Below are positions 16,366 through 24,000 of a stretch of DNA of 24,000 bases, piece after piece. The position numbers and the translations under genes are program-made. Source of the DNA: Candidatus Caldarchaeales archaeon (GTDB taxonomy: Archaea > Thermoproteota > Nitrososphaeria_A > Caldarchaeales > Calditenuaceae); contig JBCNVM010000001.1 in the NCBI GenBank assembly GCA_039630085.1, positions 98,706 to 122,705 on the forward strand. Reading direction: 5' to 3'. Below the pieces are notes generated by a model. The model did not search any database, was not told where the DNA came from, and saw only the letters and a list, made by a program, of their open reading frames with translations. Position 1 is the stretch's first letter; every line of letters starts with the position of its first letter.

Positions 16366-17901
16366 TTGGGCTCGGACGCGGGGAAGCTCGCCCTCCACCC
16401 GATCGAGGCGAGGGTGCTCTGGGCGCTCTCCTCGGGAGAGAGGCTCAGCTTCGGCGAGGTCTCGAGGAGGACGGGCCTCGACCAGGGAGCGGTCGCGAAG
16501 TCGGTCGAGAGGCTCGCGTCGAAGGGGCTGGTCAGCGTCAGCGAGGTCACCGTGAGGACCGTCGCAGAGCTGAGCGCGGAGGGCCTCGAGTACAGCCTGA
16601 GGGGCCTTCCGGAGAGGAGGCTGGTTGACTTCCTGAGGTTGAGGGGAGGTAGGGCGAGCCTGGCGGAGCTCCGGTCGATCGAGGGGATGGACGAGGAGGG
16701 GGTGAGGATCGGGGTCCTCTGGGCGAAGAAGCAAGGGTGGGTCGAGGTCGCGAAGGAGGGCGGCGAGACCTACGTCGAGCTGGTCACTTACCCCGACTAC
16801 AGGACGGACGAAGAGATGGCGCTGGATGCGCTGAGGTCGGGCCCCAGGAGCTTGGAGGAGCTCGGGGCGCTCGCGGGCACCGCGGCGAGGCTCTCGAGGA
16901 GGGCCGGGCTCGTGAGGCTGAGGGAGGAGAGGGAGCACGTCGTCGAGGCGACCCGCGAGGGGCTGGAGGTCGCGAAGTCCGTTGAGCTCCCAGTCTACGC
17001 GGTGAGCCAGCTCACGCCCGAGCTGATCAAGACCGGGAGGTGGAGGTCGGTCCACCTGATCAGGTACGACGTCCTCGCGCCGGTCAAGCCGGTCTTCGCG
17101 GCCAAGGAGCACCCGCTCACCTCGCTGATCAGGAGGGTGAAGGAGGCCTTCGTCGAGCTGGGCTTCGAGGAGGTCCAGGGCCCTCTCGTCGAGCTGGCGT
17201 TCTGGAACTTCGACGCCCTCTTTCAGCCCCAGGACCACCCGGCGAGGGAGATGCACGACACCTTCTACCTCGAGTGGCCCTCGACAGGCAGGCTCCCCGA
17301 GGGGCTGGCGGGAAGGGTGAAGGAGGCCCACGAGACCGGAGGCGACACCGGGTCGAGGGGGTGGAGGTACAGGTGGAGCGCTGAGGAGGCCTCGAGGCTC
17401 GTCCTGAGGACCCACACCACCGCGACCACGATCAGGTACCTCGCGGAGCGCAGGGAGCCCCCCGTCAAGGTCTTCTCGGTCGACAGGATCTTCAGGAACG
17501 AGAGGGTCAACTGGAAGAGGCTCGCGGAGTTCCACCAGATCGAGGGCATCCTGATGGACCGGGGAGTCGGGATGAGGCACCTGATGGGGACGATCAGGGA
17601 GTTCTACGCGAGGCTCGGGCTGAAGGAGGTCAGGTTCAGGCCGAGCTACTTCCCATACACGGAGCCCTCGGCCGAGGTCGACGTCTACTTCGAGGACCTC
17701 GGGAGGTGGGTCGAGCTGGGAGGGATGGGCGTCTTCAGGCCCGAGGTGACGAGGCCGCTCGGCGTCGAGCACCCGGTCCTCGCCTGGGGCCTAGGACTCG
17801 AGAGGCTTGCCCTCATCCTCCACGGCCTCGAGGACATCAGGACCTTCTACCTGAACGACCTCTCTTGGATCAGGTCCGCAAACCCCTTCGTGGTCAGGTG
17901 A
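16366..17901 (+). CDS. pheS: Phenylalanine--tRNA ligase alpha subunit
   Basis: N-terminal wHTH repeats are followed by a class II core ('FQPQDHPAREMHDTFY', 'LRTHTT', 'FRPSYFPYTEPS', 'GMGVFRPEV'). The track ORF (from 15739) runs antisense through osmC. The TTG at 16366 fits the promoter. Confidence 0.85.
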   Translation: MGSDAGKLALHPIEARVLWALSSGERLSFGEVSRRTGLDQGAVAKSVERLASKGLVSVSEVTVRTVAELSAEGLEYSLRGLPERRLVDFLRLRGGRASLAELRSIEGMDEEGVRIGVLWAKKQGWVEVAKEGGETYVELVTYPDYRTDEEMALDALRSGPRSLEELGALAGTAARLSRRAGLVRLREEREHVVEATREGLEVAKSVELPVYAVSQLTPELIKTGRWRSVHLIRYDVLAPVKPVFAAKEHPLTSLIRRVKEAFVELGFEEVQGPLVELAFWNFDALFQPQDHPAREMHDTFYLEWPSTGRLPEGLAGRVKEAHETGGDTGSRGWRYRWSAEEASRLVLRTHTTATTIRYLAERREPPVKVFSVDRIFRNERVNWKRLAEFHQIEGILMDRGVGMRHLMGTIREFYARLGLKEVRFRPSYFPYTEPSAEVDVYFEDLGRWVELGGMGVFRPEVTRPLGVEHPVLAWGLGLERLALILHGLEDIRTFYLNDLSWIRSANPFVVR

Positions 17902-17907
17902 CACTGT

Positions 17908-19560
17908 TTGCCCGCGATCACGGTCAGGGCCAGCAAGCTCAGCAGGTTGGTCGGGATGGACCTCACGCCCGATCGGGTCGCTGAGCTCCTCGCGAGGCTG
18001 GGCGTCTCGGTCGACGAGGTGGTCGGGGACGAGGTGAAGGCCGAGTACAACCCCAACAGGCCGGACTTCTCGTCGCACGCGGGGCTCGCGAGGGCCCTGA
18101 AGGGCCTGCTCGGGATCGAGGCGGGGCTTTACAGGGTCAGGGCGAGGAGGTCGGGGTGGAGGCTGGTCGTCGACCCCAGCGTGAAGTCGGTGAGGCCCTA
18201 CGCGGTCGGCGCGATCGTGAAGGGCCTCAAGCTCACCGAGGAGGACCTGGTGGAGCTGATCGCGGTCCAAGAGGACCTCCACTGGGTCCTCGGGAGGAAC
18301 AGGAGGAAGGTCGCGATAGGGCTCCACGACCTTTCGAGGGTCAGGCCGCCGGTCCGGTACGTGGCCAGACCTCTGGACGGGGTGAGGTTCGTCCCGCTCC
18401 ACGGCACCGTGCCGATGACCTGCGCGGAGATCCTCGAGAGGCACCCCACCGGGAGGGCCTACGGCGACCTAGTGAAACACACGGGCCTGGCGCCGCTCAT
18501 CCTCGACGGCAGGGGCGAGGTGATGTCGTTCCCGCCGGTGATCAACTCCTCCCTGACCGAGGTGACCACTTCGACCCGAGACGTCTTCATCGACGTGACC
18601 GGCACCGACCCCGAGGCGATCGGCCGCGCCCTGAACGTCCTGGTCTCGCATCTGAACGACCTCGGCGGGAGGGTCTACACCGTCGAGGTGGTCGACGGCA
18701 GGAGGAGGTTCGCGTCGCCTGACCTCAGGCCGGTGAGGTGGAAGGTCGACCTCGGGACGATCGCCGAGGCGCTCGGCGTGGAGCTGAGCGGGAGGGAGGT
18801 CGTCGAGGCGCTCAGGAGGATGAGGTTCGGAGCGACCCTGAGGAAGGGGAAGGTCCTCGTCGAGGCCCCGCCTTACAGGACCGACCTTCTCCACCCGGTG
18901 GACATCGCGGAGGAGGTGGCGATCGCTGTCTGGGACAAACTCGAGCCGGAGGTCCCTAGGACTCACGGCTTCGGCGCGGTCCTCCAGAGGACACGCGTCG
19001 AGGAGGTCCTCAGGTCCATGATGGTCGGCCTGGGGTTCACGGAGGTCGTGAACACGGTCCTAGCCAACCGCTCGGTCCTAGAGAGGTTCCTACCTCCCGA
19101 CTCGCCAGGGCCCATCAGGCTCCTCAACCCCGCTTCCTCCGAGTACGACTCGCTGAGGACGACCCTGATCCCGGGGCTGCTGAATAACCTCGCCGCGAAC
19201 AGGCACAACCCCTACCCGCAGAGGCTCTTCGAGCTGGGCGACGTCGTCCTCTACGACGACTCGAGGCCGGAGATGTCAAGAAGGTCCCTGAGGCTCGCCT
19301 GCGCGTCGAGCCACTCCCAGGCCTCCTACACCGAGGTCAAGTCGGTCTTCGAGGAGGTCTCGAGGTTCCTGAAGGTCGAGCTCGTGCCCACCGAGCGGGA
19401 CTACCCGTTCCTGATCGGCGGAAGGTCCGTTGCCCTCGTCAGCAGGGGGATCGAGGTGGGGCTCGCGGGGGAGGTGCACCCCTCGGTGCTGGAGGAGTTC
19501 GGGATCGAGATGCCCACTGTCGTCATGGAGCTTGACGTTGAGTCGCTCGCGCTCTTCTGA
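17908..19560 (+). CDS. pheT: Phenylalanine--tRNA ligase beta subunit
   Basis: 550 aa. The N-terminus 'PAITVRASKLSRLVG' and the B3/4 and B5 regions are typical of archaeal PheT. The TTG start lies 7 nt after the pheS stop. Confidence 0.9.
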   Translation: MPAITVRASKLSRLVGMDLTPDRVAELLARLGVSVDEVVGDEVKAEYNPNRPDFSSHAGLARALKGLLGIEAGLYRVRARRSGWRLVVDPSVKSVRPYAVGAIVKGLKLTEEDLVELIAVQEDLHWVLGRNRRKVAIGLHDLSRVRPPVRYVARPLDGVRFVPLHGTVPMTCAEILERHPTGRAYGDLVKHTGLAPLILDGRGEVMSFPPVINSSLTEVTTSTRDVFIDVTGTDPEAIGRALNVLVSHLNDLGGRVYTVEVVDGRRRFASPDLRPVRWKVDLGTIAEALGVELSGREVVEALRRMRFGATLRKGKVLVEAPPYRTDLLHPVDIAEEVAIAVWDKLEPEVPRTHGFGAVLQRTRVEEVLRSMMVGLGFTEVVNTVLANRSVLERFLPPDSPGPIRLLNPASSEYDSLRTTLIPGLLNNLAANRHNPYPQRLFELGDVVLYDDSRPEMSRRSLRLACASSHSQASYTEVKSVFEEVSRFLKVELVPTERDYPFLIGGRSVALVSRGIEVGLAGEVHPSVLEEFGIEMPTVVMELDVESLALF

Positions 19561-19631
19561 GCCGCTTTCTCAGACAAGTGGTAAAAGATCTTCTACAGAG
19601 GCGGTTTAGGTAAAAACGATGTGCGAGCATC

Positions 19632-20063
19632 TCAGGTCCCGACGAGGCGTCTGTGCTCCTTCATCATGCACCTGTCCCAGACGATCGTGACCCCGTGTCT
19701 CCTCGCGATCTCGACGGCCTCCGGGTGGTAGATCCCCTCCTGGAGCCAGATGACCTTCGGGTTCAGCTTCACCGCCTCCCTGACGACGCCCGGGACCTCC
19801 TCGGAGGGCCTGAAGACGTCAACTATGTCCACCGGGCCCTTCACCTCTGAGAGCGACTTGTGGACCTTGAGGCCGAGGATCTCGTCAGCGGTCGGGTTCA
19901 CGGGGATCACCTCGTAGCCCCTCTCGTGAAGATACCTCGGGACGTAGTGGGCGGGCTTCGCGGGGTCCTTCGACATCCCGACCACCACGACCCTCCTCAG
20001 CGCGAGTATCCTCCTGACCTCCTCGTCGGAGAGCCCGTCCTTCGGGATCGACATCGCATTCAC
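19632..20063 (-). CDS. CoA-binding domain protein (YccU/YneT-like)
   Basis: 'VVVVGMSKDPAKPAHYVPRYLHERGYEVIPVNP' and 'IWLQEG' match the small CoA-binding Rossmann family. Confidence 0.75.
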   Translation of the reverse strand: MNAMSIPKDGLSDEEVRRILALRRVVVVGMSKDPAKPAHYVPRYLHERGYEVIPVNPTADEILGLKVHKSLSEVKGPVDIVDVFRPSEEVPGVVREAVKLNPKVIWLQEGIYHPEAVEIARRHGVTIVWDRCMMKEHRRLVGT

Positions 20064-20109
20064 TCTCGAGGTCCTAGATAAAACGGTTGGCGCTCCCTGC
20101 CCCTTTGTC

Positions 20110-21138
20110 TCAGACCCGGAGGACGTTGATCGTCCTGATCAGCGAGGAGTGGACCCTGTAGGTGTACCTCTCGACGACCATGGGGCCCTCGAGGATCGCC
20201 GGAGCCCTGCGTCCGAGCGGGTAGGCCACGACGATCCTCCTGCCCTTCTCGAGGAGCTCCGCGAGCTCTGAGAGGACCCGGTCGACGAGGTCCGCGAGGG
20301 ACGGGCCGATCACCCTCGTCGACTTCCCATAGGGAGGGTCCGTCGCGACGCCACCGACCCCTCCCCTCAGGGGCAGCGACGTCGAGTCCCCCGCGATCAC
20401 GTCCGACCCGCCGGACAGCCCGAACGCCTTCAGGTTCCTCAGCGATCCCCTGGCGATCCAAGTCCTCACCTCGATCCCGACCGCGTCGTAACTGAGCGAG
20501 GCCGCCTCCATCAGTATCGCGCCGGTCCCCGAGAACGGGTCCAGAAGCCTTGAACCCGGAGGCGTCCTGGTAAGGTTCACCATCACCCTCGCCTCCTTTG
20601 GCTGGAGCGTCGACGGCAGCCTGAAGGGCCTGTTCACAGGCGCCCTTCTCGAGAGCCCCGAGCCGTCCCTGATCCCCACGACGGGCCCTCCGGTGACGAG
20701 CCTCTCGGTGACGTAGACCCTGAAGACGGTCCTGGGAGACTTCAGGTCGACCCTGAGCCCCGGCCTCGCTCTCTCGACTGCCGACGCGGCCCAGCGCTCG
20801 ATTTCGACCCTCGAGGGCCCCTCAGCTCCCCCGAGCTTCACCGCCCTGACCGCGTACGGTTCACCGATCCCCTCCAGCGCAGAGGGGTCCACCTCGACGC
20901 TAGACCCGATCAGCTCAGGCCCGACCGCGACCGCCAGCCCGATCACCTCCTTCACGAACGCGCACCTCGTGGCCGCCTTCCGCGCCGTCTCCTCGGGAGC
21001 CTCGAAGGACGCGAGCCTCTCGCAGAGGAGCTCCGGCTCGCCCTTCACTCCTAGGACTTCGAGGACGGCCCTCAGCTCGCCGAGTCCGAGCTCAGGGTGG
21101 TCTCCCGAGAGGAGGGCGACGTACTTCCCGGCCCTCAC
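20110..21138 (-). CDS. trm11: THUMP-domain tRNA (guanine10-N2) methyltransferase, archaeal Trm11/Trm-G10-like
   Basis: The N-terminus is 'LLSGDHPELGLGEL'. The SAM motif is 'LDPFSGTGAILMEA' and motif IV is 'TDPPYG'. The GTG start overlaps the prs stop (GTGA). Confidence 0.7.
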   Translation of the reverse strand: MRAGKYVALLSGDHPELGLGELRAVLEVLGVKGEPELLCERLASFEAPEETARKAATRCAFVKEVIGLAVAVGPELIGSSVEVDPSALEGIGEPYAVRAVKLGGAEGPSRVEIERWAASAVERARPGLRVDLKSPRTVFRVYVTERLVTGGPVVGIRDGSGLSRRAPVNRPFRLPSTLQPKEARVMVNLTRTPPGSRLLDPFSGTGAILMEAASLSYDAVGIEVRTWIARGSLRNLKAFGLSGGSDVIAGDSTSLPLRGGVGGVATDPPYGKSTRVIGPSLADLVDRVLSELAELLEKGRRIVVAYPLGRRAPAILEGPMVVERYTYRVHSSLIRTINVLRV

Positions 21139-22025
21139 GCTATCATCGGCCTCAGGACCTCTGCGAGAGCCCCCGCGACCGAGAGCCTCGAGTGCTCGGA
21201 TGGGACGGTGTCGGTCGAGTGGACTGCCGACGCGCCGCTCTCGATGATCCTCCTGGCCGCGCTTCCGACGAAGAGGCCGTGGACGCAGGCGACGACGACC
21301 TCAGAGGCTCCGAGGGACCTGAGCGCCCTCACCGCCTCGACCATCGTCCCACCGGTGCTTACGATGTCGTCGACTAAGAGGACCCTCCGGCCCTCGACGT
21401 CTGTCCCGGGGACGCTCACCTCCACCCTGCCCGTCACCGGGTCCCTGCTGCTCGTCAGGCCGGCCCACGACGCGCCGATCGCCTCGCCCGCTGCCCTCGC
21501 CATCCTCTCGCCCTTCTTCCCAGGAGAGGCGACGATGTCGAACCTCCCGTGACGCCTCGCGGCCTCCCTCGCGACCTCGGCGGTCACGTCGACCGCGACC
21601 GACCTCATCCCCTCGCGTTCCAGCGCCCACGGCGAGTGCGGGTTCACCGTGACGAGCGTCCCGATCCCGGAGTCGGCCATGAGTCCCAGGAGCTGCCTGA
21701 GGCTCACGACCTCTCCCCTGAGGAACTCCCTGTCCTGCCTCGCGTAGGCCAGGTACGGCACGACCGCGATCACCTCTGAAGCCCCCCTCTCCCTCAGCGT
21801 CCTCGAGAGCATCAGGAGCTGTAGCGCGTGGACGTCCTGGGGCGGGTGGGTGCCCTGGAAGAGGACCGCCGTCTTCCCGCCGACGTCGCACTCGAGCCGC
21901 AGGTAGGACTCGCCGTCAGGGAAGAACCTGTGCTGGACCTCCGACGTCTCCAGGCCCAGCACCGACGCGACCCTCCTCGAGAGGTCGACCGACGCCGGCC
22001 CCGCGACGACGACCACAGAGCCCAT
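21135..22025 (-). CDS. prs: Ribose-phosphate pyrophosphokinase
   Basis: 'FPDGESYLRL', 'VVPYLAYARQDR' and the PRPP loop 'VLLVDDIVSTGGT'. Confidence 0.9.
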   Translation of the reverse strand: MGSVVVVAGPASVDLSRRVASVLGLETSEVQHRFFPDGESYLRLECDVGGKTAVLFQGTHPPQDVHALQLLMLSRTLRERGASEVIAVVPYLAYARQDREFLRGEVVSLRQLLGLMADSGIGTLVTVNPHSPWALEREGMRSVAVDVTAEVAREAARRHGRFDIVASPGKKGERMARAAGEAIGASWAGLTSSRDPVTGRVEVSVPGTDVEGRRVLLVDDIVSTGGTMVEAVRALRSLGASEVVVACVHGLFVGSAARRIIESGASAVHSTDTVPSEHSRLSVAGALAEVLRPMIA

Positions 22026-22106
22026 CCGCCGGGACGGCCTGCCGGAGGCTATTCAACCTCTTCGGGGCGGTTCCACTTTTTAGGAGCCTGGAGGCGTTCG
22101 GGCCCG

Positions 22107-22613
22107 ATGGGCGCAGGGGACCTCGTGAGGAGGCTGAGGGGGATCTTCGCGGAGAGCCCGCAGAACTTCGGGTGGTTCGAGGACGGGGTGGCGGCCTCGG
22201 GCAGGCCCGTCAACAGGTCCCAGCTCCTCTACGTCGCCAGCAGGGGCGTAGACGCGGTCCTCTCGCTCACGGAGGACCCTATACCCGACGAGCTGCTCGA
22301 GGGGCTCGGGCTCGAGTACCACCACGTCCCGATGAGGAACCACGAGATGCCTCCTGCCGGCGACCTCTTCGCGGCGGTCAGGACGATCAGGGACCTCAGG
22401 TCGAGGGGCAAGAGGGTTCTGGTCCACTGCGCGGCCGGAAAGGGCAGGACGGGGACGGTTCTCGCGGCGTACCTGATGGCCACGAAGGGGCTCGCGGCCG
22501 AGGAGGCGATAGCGCGGGTCAGGTCCGTCAGGAGGGGCTCGATCGAGGAGGTCCAAGAGAGGGGGCTTAAGCAGCTGGAGCGAGTTCTGAGGGGCGCGCT
22601 CGCGGACCGGTGA
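22107..22613 (+). CDS. Cys-based protein tyrosine/dual-specificity phosphatase
   Basis: The CX5R P-loop is 'HCAAGKGRTG'. About 168 aa, similar in size to small archaeal PTPs. The ATG lies about 26 nt downstream of a TTTTTTAGG box. Confidence 0.8.
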   Translation: MGAGDLVRRLRGIFAESPQNFGWFEDGVAASGRPVNRSQLLYVASRGVDAVLSLTEDPIPDELLEGLGLEYHHVPMRNHEMPPAGDLFAAVRTIRDLRSRGKRVLVHCAAGKGRTGTVLAAYLMATKGLAAEEAIARVRSVRRGSIEEVQERGLKQLERVLRGALADR

Positions 22614-22807
22614 CCTCCGAGAACAGGGGGCTCGGACTGCCCATCGGCGCCTCACCGCTCGGCATGGACGTTGCTCCTCACCGCCCCGCCCATCCGTTGG
22701 CTCCCTGAGGATTTAGGGCTGACGCCCTGTGGGCGCTCGACGGGCCCGCTCCGTGTCAGACCGAGATCGCGGTCAAGACCGAACGTCCGCATCAAGCTTA
22801 ATCCTTA

Positions 22808-24000
22808 ATGTCAACGTCCAGTGGAGGCTTGAGGTACACTGACCAGCTCGAGGTCGGGCTGATCGACTTCGGCCCCAAGTCGAGGGTCGACGGCACCCAG
22901 CTGGGACCCGACGAGGTGATCGCGATCGAGGGCGTGGGGACCTTCTCGACCGTGGACATCGCGAGGAACGCTTCCGAGCTTGTCGCGAAGGGGAAGGACC
23001 TCAGGAAGTTCGCGGCGAAGGTCCACTTCGAGTCGACGCGGAGGGGGCACGCGTCGCTCACGACGTCGTTCGTCCCGTTCCTAGAAGTCCGGTGGTGCTC
23101 GAGGGCGCTCTCGATGCTGGCGCTCAGCACCCGGTTCGGGAGCTTCCTCCAGGAGAGCCAGAGGAGGTCGCCGGTGACGGAGGAGAAGATGCTGGTCCCC
23201 GCGGAGGTGAGGGGGACTGTACTCGAGGGCGATGTCGTGGGGGGCATCCGGAAGGCCTTCGTGGGGTACTCTCAGCTCGTGGAGGGGGGCGTTGCGATCG
23301 AGGACGCGAGGTACGTCCTCCCGCTCGCGACCGCCACGTCGTTCTTCTCCGCCTCCTCCTTCGAGTCAGCGGTCTACCTGATCAGGAAGGCGCAGCAGGG
23401 CCTTGGGATCGTGACGGAGGAGCTGAGGGCCTTCGCGTCGGCGCTGGCGAGGGAGCTCGAGGCCGCGGCCCCGCTGACCGTGAGGTCGAGGCTCTCCTTC
23501 TCCGGTAGGTGGACCGAGTACGCGCTCCTGGACCCGTTGAGGGAGCCCGACGGCCTGCTCGAGAGGGTCTCCGGCGGCCGAGTCCCGCAGGACGCCGAGC
23601 TCCTCGAGCTGAGGGCGCTCAGTGGCGTCGAAGAAGTCCTCGCGGAGAGGCCGGACCTCGCGCCCCACATTCAAGGGCTCGTGGAGGCGGTGGTCCTAGA
23701 GGCTCCCTCCCTCGCTGCCTACCACCAGTCGATCAGGCACAGGACGGTCCCGACAGCGGTCGAGTCGATCCTCGAGGCCTCCTCGAGGGCCATCAGGGAC
23801 CCGCAGAGGAACGTCGTCGTCCCGCCGGAGCTGAGGTCCTCGGAGTCGAAGTCCTCTGGCTTCATCGACTCCTGCGTCGAGGCGCTCGAGCTTCACGAGA
23901 GGGTCAGGGAGGAGGTGGGGGCCGCTGCGTCGGTCTACCTCGTCCCCCAGTCGGTCAGGATAAGGACCGTCAGGGTCTACGACCTCTTCAACCTCCTCAG
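22808..24000 (+). CDS. thyX: FAD-dependent thymidylate synthase-like protein with two tandem ThyX domains (3' end outside window)
   Basis: My own translation finds no stop from 22808 to 24000, and the ORF is absent from the supplied track. Domain 1 has 'GHASL...SRALSMLALSTRFGSFLQESQRR...ARYVLPLAT'. Domain 2 has 'RHRTVPTAVES' (the RHRx7S motif, codons at 23735-23743) and 'VYLVPQS'. Confidence 0.7.
   Translation, partial: MSTSSGGLRYTDQLEVGLIDFGPKSRVDGTQLGPDEVIAIEGVGTFSTVDIARNASELVAKGKDLRKFAAKVHFESTRRGHASLTTSFVPFLEVRWCSRALSMLALSTRFGSFLQESQRRSPVTEEKMLVPAEVRGTVLEGDVVGGIRKAFVGYSQLVEGGVAIEDARYVLPLATATSFFSASSFESAVYLIRKAQQGLGIVTEELRAFASALARELEAAAPLTVRSRLSFSGRWTEYALLDPLREPDGLLERVSGGRVPQDAELLELRALSGVEEVLAERPDLAPHIQGLVEAVVLEAPSLAAYHQSIRHRTVPTAVESILEASSRAIRDPQRNVVVPPELRSSESKSSGFIDSCVEALELHERVREEVGAAASVYLVPQSVRIRTVRVYDLFNLL

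Noticed and set aside
16333-17772. 479-aa ORF on the minus strand
   Set aside because: It is entirely antisense to pheS. Its Pro/Arg/Glu/Leu-rich low-complexity composition is typical of shadow ORFs in GC-rich DNA, and no motifs are recognisable. The same reasoning applies to 7105..7956 (+), 8993..9982 (+), 9795..10661 (+), 3451..3951 (-), 17791..18444 (-) and similar ORFs.
19561-19631. Possible sRNA between the convergent pheT and CoA-binding genes
   Set aside because: The T-runs (GCTTTCTC on the + strand, CGTTTTTACC on the - strand) are adequately explained as terminators for the two convergent genes. The C/D-like motifs are too degenerate.

Overview
GC-rich (roughly 60-65% by eye), densely packed archaeal chromosome segment. 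AGG/CTC/GAG-biased codons, TATA-like boxes about 26 nt upstream of starts, intron-containing tRNAs and genes such as TFE, PCNA, Trm56, Taw1, L15e and S3Ae point to a hyperthermophilic Thermoproteota/TACK-like archaeon. I could not run homology searches, so every product name comes from motifs I recognise in the translations. About 30 housekeeping genes sit on both strands. They cover translation (L15e, S3Ae, PheRS alpha/beta), tRNA modification (Trm56, Taw1, two THUMP methyltransferases), pyrimidine and nucleotide metabolism (PyrB/PyrI, Prs, ThyX), replication (PCNA), transcription (TFE), the proteasome beta subunit, PdxT, IlvE, a lone 2-oxoacid:ferredoxin oxidoreductase beta subunit, OsmC and a Cys-based phosphatase. 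I found no CRISPR array, transposase, integrase or rRNA, and no convincing multi-gene novel system. Four loci are not ordinary. (1) The tRNA-Val(CAC) locus at 12165-12353 has a truncated, intron-less 5' fragment just upstream of the complete intron-containing gene. (2) It is followed by an AT-rich island carrying an orphan ORF. (3) A roughly 300-nt non-coding gap (7999-8295) folds into long-range helices and a three-way junction and matches no RNA family I recognise. (4) A long ORF absent from the supplied track (22808 to the window end) encodes two tandem ThyX-like domains, the first with a degenerate active-site motif. Many genes appear to start at GTG or TTG on leaderless or near-leaderless transcripts.
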